Of a stretch of 64,000 bases of DNA, positions 54,345-64,000 are shown one piece after another; position 1 is the stretch's first letter; each line of letters opens with the position of its first letter. The stretch is from Eledone cirrhosa (lineage: Eukaryota), in the NCBI GenBank assembly GCA_964016885.1, contig OZ024742.1, positions 91,078,001 through 91,142,000 of the forward strand. Direction: 5' to 3'. Below the pieces are notes generated by a model, which worked only from the letters and a program-made list of their open reading frames with translations, ran no database searches and had not been told where the DNA came from. Position numbers and translations under genes: made by a program.

Positions 54345-56693
54345 TTTGTTACAGAGATTCGACATTCACCGTCAACAAAAGCAAAAATGCCTCATGAATA
54401 ATAATTTATGAAGTGACTGGTCAGTTTGAATTTCTTTATATGAAAGTTGGTAGAGCTCGAGAGATTATGTTACGTTTTGACATGATTTATTACAAGTTGG
54501 TATAAGTATTTACAACCAATATCAGTGTAATCGTATGAAAATCACGGAATTAATGACGTTTGTTGTCGAACAAGTGTGTTTAGTCAAATCTTTATAAAAA
54601 CATATATGTAGCATAGTTTTGCGTGAGGTTGCAAAATTTTAGTTTCATACAAAGTTAACCCGTTTTTGAAGTTACTAAAATTCGTAGGCAAATCTCACTT
54701 TAACGTATGAAAGAAATTAAGAACAAAATAAACAAAAAGAGAGGGAGTATACAGTTGGAGTTGCTTTGGGCGGATGATAATGATTTCTAATTTAGACACA
54801 AGGCCAGCAATTTGTGGGACAAGGAATGGCGATTATACCGCTAAATACTCCTAGATCTAAATTGAAGCTAAACAATAATACGGAGAGCAAGGAATTATTT
54901 CCGTGGCTGCTCAACCTGGAAGGAAATATAGCCAAATCTCGCTCAAGTCTCCACCAACTATTTAAAATAAGGAAAGGATACATTAGACAATGCTGACCTA
55001 CATACCACAAAAGACGGCAATGTTGTTGTATTAATGTTATTGGTGGTAGGTTTGCTTAAACGCCGATAGTTCAAATTCATAATCGAATATTCCATTTGTT
55101 CATAGTCTTGATTTCAATCCAATTATTGAGTCATAATGATTTATGAATTAGGCACAAAGCCAAAAATTTCTTTTTTTTTGCAATGGGGGGGGGGGGGGGG
55201 GGGGCTCGATTAAATTGATCCCAGTGCATCACTGGAATCTGCCTCCACAACCCCTCCGGGAATAAGTGGGAAAAGAAGATATTTTAAAACTTTGAACCAA
55301 GGCCAACAATAGTAAGTGTGATTAGCGGTCTTTTCTAGAGGCGCATTGCATGACCATTACTTTATTTCGTAGGCACAGAAATATGAAAAGTAAATTTGGC
55401 CATAAGAAAATTTGAACTCAGAACGTAAACAGATATAACGAAATACTACAAGATATTTTCAGTAGCTCCCTATCAATTTTGCCGTATTTCTCTGCCGATT
55501 TCCGAATAAGTCAACGTGGGCGATTGATGCCCATGAATAGATTTCCCAATCACACTCTTTTGTCTTAAAATTAGAAGAGCATGTTAGGCAATCTAATAAC
55601 AAAAAATCTTTTGATCATAGGTTTATTACATCAGAGCAACTTGAAGATATATAACAACAATTCCCTAGCATGCGCACAAAGTCACAATTTCTTGTGGTTG
55701 GTATATTCGGCTAAGTCAACTATTTTGCTTGATAGCTACTTGTTTTATCGACCCCTGGATGGATGAAAGACCTGTATGGGATTTCGACTCAGAAAAATAC
55801 AATGACGGAGATACACACAGGAGTTATGTTAACTGGCAGCCAATAGTTTCTGCCTCTCCAACCGCGTTCATAACATTTATATATTGAAAAATGTATTGGA
55901 TGACAAAAGAGACAGGGTGGAGCGGGAGAACACCATTTTTTTTCGGCGTTGATTGGCGTCTTATAGGATTGTGTTGTCGCTAAGTATAGTAGCTTCGTGT
56001 CATAGATATCATCATTGCTAATTGCTTATGTGTATACTAGAATGGGGTGCCACTTTATACAAAGTGTTAGTAACAGAATCACGGGACGGCTTCTCACGTA
56101 AATCCATTACAATAGCCGAATGAATTTCATTCCCGTTATCTATTTTCTCTCTCACTTGTTCACTCTTTCCCTCCTCGTACTATTTGTCCCTCCTCCCTTT
56201 CTCTCTCATTCAATTGTACATTCCTTCAAACTTCTTTACCTCGATGTTTTCTATATTTTGCTACTGACTGTCGTTTTTGTAGTTGTCTGTCATATATTCC
56301 CAGTCAACTTTGGTCTCCATTAGAATGCATTCATTTTGGTTTCTTTTTGTACACACCCGTATGTTTGTTAACATAAGTATATGTGTGAAGAGAATTATAC
56401 ACACACACACACATATATGTATATATATATACGTGTATGTGTGTGAGTTTGTATATATATATATATATATTTATTCACCCATACACACATAAATATATTT
56501 AAAAAAATATATGTATATATAATCTGTGTGTGTTTGAGAGAGAGAGAGAGATGGGGGATAGAACGTTTTATATATGTGCTTTAACGAACAGTAACTTTCA
56601 AAATACCTATATAATAATAGTCAAAGTTTGTTTATTTTGAAGCAACGTCGAGATATCTGACGACACCTGAGAAGGAAAACAAATGACAGTTTC

Positions 56694-56735
<42 letters not shown>

Positions 56736-56930
56736 CACAATTTCTTTCTCGCTTTCTCTTCAACTTACAAGCCCTCTGTATGTCTCGATATGTTTCCTCC
56801 ATTCGCTCGTTTTCTCTCAGACATTCGTATATACACAAACTCCTAGTGGAAAGAAGCAGCAATATGAGTCCAAAAACAACCGGGTCACAAGTGGTAATGA
56901 CCCGTCCAGTTGACGTATAACGACGACGAC

Positions 56931-57028
<98 letters not shown>

Positions 57029-57111
57029 TAATAAACAGAGAACAAAAATCAGAGAGGCAGTATAAATGATATTAGTATTAGTTTCACGCCTGAGAGTGGG
57101 GGGCGGGGGTA

Positions 57112-57303
57112 TAATAAAACAAGGACGAGTGGTTATTCCTTCATTACATTTATTGGTTGGTGACGCGGGTTTCGTTATTGATCAGCTCAGGGTTCGATCT
57201 GTATCGATCTAATCTGAATCGGTAATCAACTGCTCTTCGGAGCTCCTTGGACCCAGTAAACGCAATGAAGGAGTAACCACTCGTCCTTATTTTATTTTAT
57301 TAT
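57112..57303. repeat. ~45-bp imperfect inverted repeat enclosing an HHR relic on the minus strand
   Basis: aaggacgagtggttattccttcatt / aatgaaggagtaaccactcgtcctt. Minus strand reads CCGAAGA..GAAAC ccgc GTC, with stem I lost. Confidence 0.6.
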
Positions 57304-57403
57304 ACTACACTCTGTCTAGCTCTACACCTCGATACCGACATGAACCTAAATATCGAGTGCTCACCCGGGTGAACCTACAGCAACTCCGCGTTACAATCCC
57401 TGG

Positions 57404-57436
<33 letters not shown>

Positions 57437-57522
57437 CGTTTGTTTCTATTATATACAGTTTGCCTGTTCATAGACTGGTTGCTTTGGTACCAACACCAAT
57501 AATTCACTGAACCACCTACACT

Positions 57523-57599
<77 letters not shown>

Positions 57600-57600
<1 letters not shown>

Positions 57601-58060
57601 CGGCGATGAATTAAATTTGCGAGGTTTTTGATATGAAATCGTGTGTCGAAACAAATATTGTTATACTTGGGGAAGGTCATATTTGTGTAATATTGCCAGA
57701 ATTAATAACAGAACACACTCACTATTTGATTGGTTTTCGCTTTTCGCTTCTGTGTCTTTTATATCGGTAATCTAATTTATTCGGTCCTCAATGTTGCCAT
57801 TGACTGACCAGCGGTCAAAAATACAGATACAATATAGACACAAACACATATATATATAGTTTATCAAAGTTCTTTCGTTGCACATCTGCAACATCGTCAG
57901 TGGTGCTATTGTTTCCTCCCGTTGCATTGTATTTTCTACGCCATCTTTATTTAGTCGATATAAAAGACACAGAAGCGAAAAGCGAAAACCAACCAAACAG
58001 TGAGTGTGTTCTGTTATTAATTCTGGCAATATTACACAAATATGACCCTCCCCAAGTATA
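57600..58060 (-). mobile_element. family B element: ~105-bp inverted arms around a minimal HHR (57862-57905, minus)
   Basis: cacca CTGACGA t gttgca gatg tgcaac GAAA g aa c TT tgata. Arms ~57663-57766 / 57957-58060. Confidence 0.75.
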
Positions 58061-58291
58061 TATATATATATAAGACACAAAGATTTTTTAGATGTTGTTT
58101 ACAAACAGCAGAAAATGTGATATTAGATAGTGAAAATAGTGCCTCCGTTGTATTTTTTACTAAATAAATTAGCCTAATAATTTTGAATTATAAAACCTAA
58201 CAAAAGCTAAAAAAAAACCTTTGTATTTTATATATATGTATTCACACGCTATGATTATATACCTTCAAATTTAATGGAAACGTGTGTGTAT

Positions 58292-58362
58292 GGTGTATTG
58301 GTGTAATGATAACACAATGGCTATAATAGCTAGATATGTGGGTTCGTGTCCCATGTACGTCA
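58292..58362 (+). pseudogene. tRNA-like cloverleaf (pseudogene or SINE head) inside an inverted repeat (58122-58468)
   Basis: Acceptor ggtgtat/gtacgtc, D stem gtgt/acac, T arm gtggg ttcgtgt cccat. The anticodon loop is aberrant. Confidence 0.6.
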
Positions 58363-58671
58363 ATGCTCATTCATTTCCCCCCATCTCTGTGGGTTTTTAT
58401 AACTCAAAATTATTAGGCTAATTTATTTCGTGAAAAATACGACGGAGGCACTATTTTCACTATCTAATTCAAATATATATATAATGGCTTCTCCCTTGTT
58501 ATCGAGTATAGCCATTGCACATATACCATTATTAATAATTATTAATTAATTCTATCGTGCAATGCCTGTGCATGAAGATATTTTTTAAAGCGAAGAAAGA
58601 CTGTGCACTGAGCCAATCCCACACGTATATATATATATATATATATATGCACATGCACGTACATGTATAGA

Positions 58672-58702
<31 letters not shown>

Positions 58703-58710
<8 letters not shown>

Positions 58711-59380
58711 GGAAATTTAGTAAAATCGAATCTCTGGCGGTTTGCAAGCAAATTTGGCCTACTTATATGAAATGATGAGTTAGCAAAGCACTCGATAAGG
58801 TAGGTCCTTAGAGTAATAACATACGTTTAAATAGCTTGACAAATCGAACATTGTGGTACGCAAAATCTAATACACAATAATATACCAAAGTAACGATAGA
58901 ACTAACAAGTTGAGAAAAATACACCTGGACAAAGCAAACGCTTATACGTTTAAAGTGTTTCTTTGAATCCGAAATCAAATATCAAATTTACATGACTGGC
59001 AAGCTCGTGGTATTCATGATCGAACAGAGGATTCAGTTTTTCAACAGGTTTTCGTTCTACCCAGAACGGGGTGATAGGCTAAATGTTGCTGCTAGATGCA
59101 GCGTATCGTATCTATAGCTGTCACCTGTTAATTCCAGCAAGGGAAATAACCCCCGGTTTTTGGCGGGTCAATCAAAATGTTAGACAAAGGAAATATTTTA
59201 ATTTCCGCTAATCATCATGATAAGCTCTCGACTAGATGTTATAAAACAAACACAAATAATTAACCAATCAACAGAATTGTCTAATTAAATTAATTAGTTA
59301 ATTATTAAATCTAGGAGAATAATATAATTGGAAATTTAGTAAAATCGAATCTCTGGCGGTTTGCAAGCAAATTCGGCCTA

Positions 59381-59386
<6 letters not shown>
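58703..59386. mobile_element. ~680-bp element with ~63-bp terminal direct repeats, between (TA)n tracts
   Basis: ataattggaaatttagtaaaatcgaatctctggcggtttgcaagcaaatt(t/c)ggcctacttata occurs at both ends. Confidence 0.7.
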
Positions 59387-59474
<88 letters not shown>

Positions 59475-59638
59475 TATAACTCAATACATATCCACACATG
59501 GTATGACACATAAATATATATACAAACATATTTACATAATAACCTAATTGATACTGTGGGAATACCAATGAAAGAAACGTGTTTTTATAAACTGGATAAC
59601 TGTCTATTGGTGAGAAATAGAAAAAAGAACAGAATATA

Positions 59639-59725
<87 letters not shown>

Positions 59726-59752
59726 GAATATATATATATAGAAAAAAGAACA

Positions 59753-59802
<50 letters not shown>

Positions 59803-60080
59803 GAATATATATATATATATGTATATATGTATATATGTGTGTGTATATATATACATACGTGTATAATACATACATAATTACAAACACAAATACACATATT
59901 ACATGTGTGTGTGTATGTGTGTGCAGGTGACCGTGTGGGTGTATGTATGACAGATTTCTGCACTTTTCGCCCATCAAATTTCACTGCAACCCGAGACTCT
60001 CTACTCGGGGGACACTTTTCAAGATGCCGCGCAGTGTGACTGAATCAGAAACAACGTTGTTGCCTATATATATATATATA

Positions 60081-61140
60081 GTAATAATAATAAATTTGAA
60101 GACTAAAATCCAAAGAGGGCTCGATAAGGATAAATATATATAAATATAAAAGAACAGTAGACCAAATATTTATTAAAATAACAGATTAAAGTTTAAGCAA
60201 AGAATCGCTGCTTTCACTCTTAACGGGATCTTCTGAAACTAACAAAGTCAATCTTTGAACGCAGAAGTGAATATTTCAAAGAAACCTTGCAACCGGAGGA
60301 AGACAGGAAGACGATACTTTGATCCGTGGAAACGTTCCCTGGCAAAGAACGGGAAAAAACGAATATAATACGTCATTAATAGGAGCGGTGAAAAACAATT
60401 ACACGCAAAGACAAAACCACGTTTATGGTATAAAAGAGGTCGTAGACTAATATTCTATTAGGTGGTTCATAGAGACGTTCTCTGGCAATGAACGGAAAAA
60501 ACGAAGATAATACGTCATATGTGGAGCGGGGAGACCAATTGCACGCACAGACAAAACCACGTAAATTCTAACTAGGAAACCGAATGATTCTCGGCTTCAG
60601 AGTTAAGAATAAAGTAAATAAAATACAGAGGTAATTGAAATTAAATAAATACATACACGCATCCATATACGTACATACACAAGCATACGCGAAAACACTC
60701 GCCATAGGTATACAAATACACGCACGTACACAAAAAAACAAAACCCGCACGCACATACAGAACCCACACAACGCCTGTACCCGCACGCATACGAATGTAT
60801 TCACCAAATACACATACAAATATATATAAAAAATATATATACGGTTTCCTAGTTAGAATTTTAGTCTACGACTTCAGTTATACCATTTACGTGGTTTTGT
60901 CTTTGCGAGTAATTGTTCTCCACGCTCCACATATGACGTATTATATTCGTTTTTTCCCGGTCTTTGCCAGGGAACGTTTCCACGGACCAAAGTATCGTCT
61001 TCCTGTCTTCCTCCGGTTGCAACGTTTTTTGAAATATTCACTTCTGCGTTCACAGATTGACTTTGTTAGTTTCAGAAGATCCCGTTAAGGGTGAAAGCAG
61101 CGATTCTTTGCTTAAACTTTAATCTGTTATTTTAATAAAT
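60081..61140. mobile_element. family A fold-back element (inverted copies ~60165-60590 / 60841-61140)
   Basis: Arms are homologous to the 32581 and 37113 copies. HHR-like motifs at 60181-60256 (-) and 61052-61127 (+). Confidence 0.8.
61052..61127 (+). ncRNA. full-length type-I HHR fold with variant core CAGAAGA (family A)
   Basis: acagattga [ctttgtt] agttt CAGAAGA tccc gttaa gggt GAAA gca gcgattctt tgc TT aaact ttaatctgt. Confidence 0.7.
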
Positions 61141-61141
61141 A

Positions 61142-61209
<68 letters not shown>

Positions 61210-61861
61210 GCTTTGAGTTGTCCATTGCCTAGTTGATCTACTATTCGTAGTTATTCAAGTTTCCAAGCAATCTTATATCGAAGCCCTTTTTCCTTTGATT
61301 GCCATACTCTTTTTAGCAGGGCCGTGCTGTTTATCATAACCTGGTTGCCGAAGGAATGGGGATGCGAAGTAGAAACGTTTAGGAGTTTACAAAGTTTGCC
61401 GTTTTTGAATCATAATTATTTGAATTCTAAGAATTAAATTTTTAGAGGATGTCTACATTTCACAAACCATTTCCTTTCTTACGTTAATAACTTTTTCTGT
61501 TTCCAAACTTACATAATACAGTGCACCGTCTATACTACCAAACTCCATGGCTTAATAAAGGTAAACATCTCTATATTGTATGCCACTAAATAATACAAGA
61601 CATCTGTTATATTGCGCATAGACTAACCCACGGATATAAATGTAGCCATATCAATTTTACATTTTGAGTTATTTCCTTTTGTTATTTTAAAGCGGCGTTT
61701 AACACGCTCTATTTTTTAAGGCATCTTCAAGCTTGTCCAAGCACTTAGTGAATAGGCTACAAATTCGATCGCTCTTATAATCTGAGGAGAATAAGCCTTG
61801 AAACTTTAGGTAGCGCTTTTACTCCAAGTATGAACATAAATAAATTATATATATATATATA

Positions 61862-61928
61862 CAGTGAAATTCCGTTATAACGAAATTTACGCGGTATTAA
61901 TTCTTTATTACAAAATTCTTTATAACGA

Positions 61929-61930
<2 letters not shown>
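61862..61930 (+). mobile_element. Tigger/pogo-type terminal inverted repeat fragment
   Basis: TA|CAGTGAAATTCCGTTATAACGAA resembles pogo-family MITE ends. The partner end was not found. Confidence 0.4.
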
Positions 61931-61971
<41 letters not shown>

Positions 61972-61996
61972 TGTGTGTGTGTGTGTCTGTGTGTGT

Positions 61997-62071
<75 letters not shown>

Positions 62072-62885
62072 TAAATCAAATTTCACACATATGTCGTTGA
62101 TACATCTAAGGGTATAGAAAAGGACACTTGTCTAAGGTGATTCGCATTTGTTTCCAAGCTTAAACTACATGGTAACAAAACATTCTTCTCAACCACATTG
62201 CCATGCCAGCGTCGGTTCAACTATAAAATCCCCGATATACCAAATAAAGATTTAAGTTGATTGCTGGAACGCTTTTTACCCGATCAGGACTGACCTAAAA
62301 ATAAAAATAAAATTAACAACACCGAATCGTACTAAATATTTGTTTCGAGCACGGAACGATAAAACGCAAACTCGGCCCCGGTGTGATTTAAACGTATGAG
62401 TGTAATGGGAGTGTGTTGGTGGACAAAACTAACTACATTCAGTACAACATTGAGACCAGAGATCCGGCAAAACTACAAATTCATAGCCCGGTCATCAAGA
62501 ATATTAACTATAACATTAAAGTGACATCAAAAAGAACATCAATATCATCAGCATGAAGAAATGATATGTAGTTTTAATTCACTGCTCCTAACCTTTCAGA
62601 CGGTGACTGACTGGTAAATGGGGGGAGGTGGTTGTTTTACTATTCTTTTCTTTTATAGTTTGAATTATGCTCCTATTAAAAAGCTAAATATCGAAATTGC
62701 CAGTAAATTGTATATATATATATATCGCCAGTCGTCAAGCCGATACAAATCTAAGAAAGGAAATTGTCATTAAACCACATACTGTTTCACACACACGCAC
62801 ACACACACACACACGCATATATATATGTATATATATATTTATGTATGTTTGTATGTATATATATGTATGCATATGTGCATGATAT

Positions 62886-62948
<63 letters not shown>

Positions 62949-63041
62949 TGTGTGTGTGTGTGTGTGTGTGTGTACATATACGTGCGCATAAACCTTCACA
63001 TGCACACGCATATATGTGTATACATACATATATATATATAA

Positions 63042-63077
<36 letters not shown>

Positions 63078-64000
63078 TTATATAAACAAATGTAAATTTA
63101 TACATATATTTCTTCAGACAACTGCCAGGCATGTACATACACAGATACACACATACACATAAAATAAACCAAAGAAAGAAAAAAATATCAGTAGATAACA
63201 ATAGAACTGGCCAGTCAATTATGGGTATATATACTTCTCCACTTATCAACCTTATAAAATAGATAAATGAAATAAATAGCATTAATAATTGTTAGAGAAT
63301 GCTCAGAAAGTATTGGATCAGTGAAGAAAGAAGGGTTTTTAGAAAGGGGGCCGTGTGTTGTATGGACTGGTGGGTGTGGTAAGTAGTGAATGCTGACTCT
63401 CCTCTCGACAGTATTAACACTATCATTCATTACTTGATATGATCCATGTTCAAGGGTGAACAGGTTAAGAGGGGAGAGACTTAGTATGGTTAGGGATCGT
63501 GAAAATAAAATCAAATCAAAAGGAGCATGATGATAAATTCATGATTATGATGCTGCTGCTGGTGGTTATCGTTGTGGTGACAGGAGGTGTATTAAAACGA
63601 GAATGACAGAGCGAGGAGACCGCTGATAATACTGATGATGATGATGATGATGATGGTGACGGTGATAGGTGGGGAGACGGATCTGAAAAAAGTTGCTGGA
63701 ATGACCCATACTCAGTAACATACAACAGATGGTTTAATTTTTATCTCTAATTTAGTGACCCTTATAACTAACATGTGTAAGCACGGTCATTTCTGTGGTG
63801 TACTCTAAGGGGTCATAAGGGACTTTTTGAGCGGATGTCTTTTTGTTATGAGTTTTTGTGAAAATTTTAAGAAGGGAAAATTTTCTGACTATTAATCTGT
63901 GCGGGAGAAAAAGAGGCAGTTATAGATAGATGCATAGATAGATACATAGATAGATTGTACATATTCATCCTCTACGTATGTGTATATAAATATTACAAAT

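Noticed and set aside
61782-61815. CTGAGGA..GAAAC..GTA spacing
   Set aside because: Stems I and II do not pair.

Overview
Eukaryotic, AT-rich DNA saturated with microsatellites ((TA)n, (CA)n, (CT)n, (TATG)n, (AGAT)n, triplets). The SINE families and repeat landscape resemble an octopus/cephalopod genome (inference). I found no convincing host-gene exon; most ORF-track entries are translated microsatellites. All recognisable coding sequence is decayed transposon: two RTE-clade LINEs (33972-36630, 49721-53020), two Helitrons (31642-33120, 43095-47976), Penelope-like (PLE) GIY-YIG fragments (24455-25283, ~40625-40900), Tx1/L1 fragments and a Tigger/pogo remnant, plus many tRNA-derived SINEs and a non-autonomous RTE-derived family. 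The most striking signal is more than a dozen intact or degenerate type-I hammerhead ribozyme (HHR) motifs from several apparently unrelated short non-coding families. These sit in or beside (TA)n tracts and often form fold-back inverted repeats. One family carries a fixed non-canonical core (CAGAAGA) in an otherwise complete full-length HHR fold. All structures were read by eye; nothing was computed or searched.
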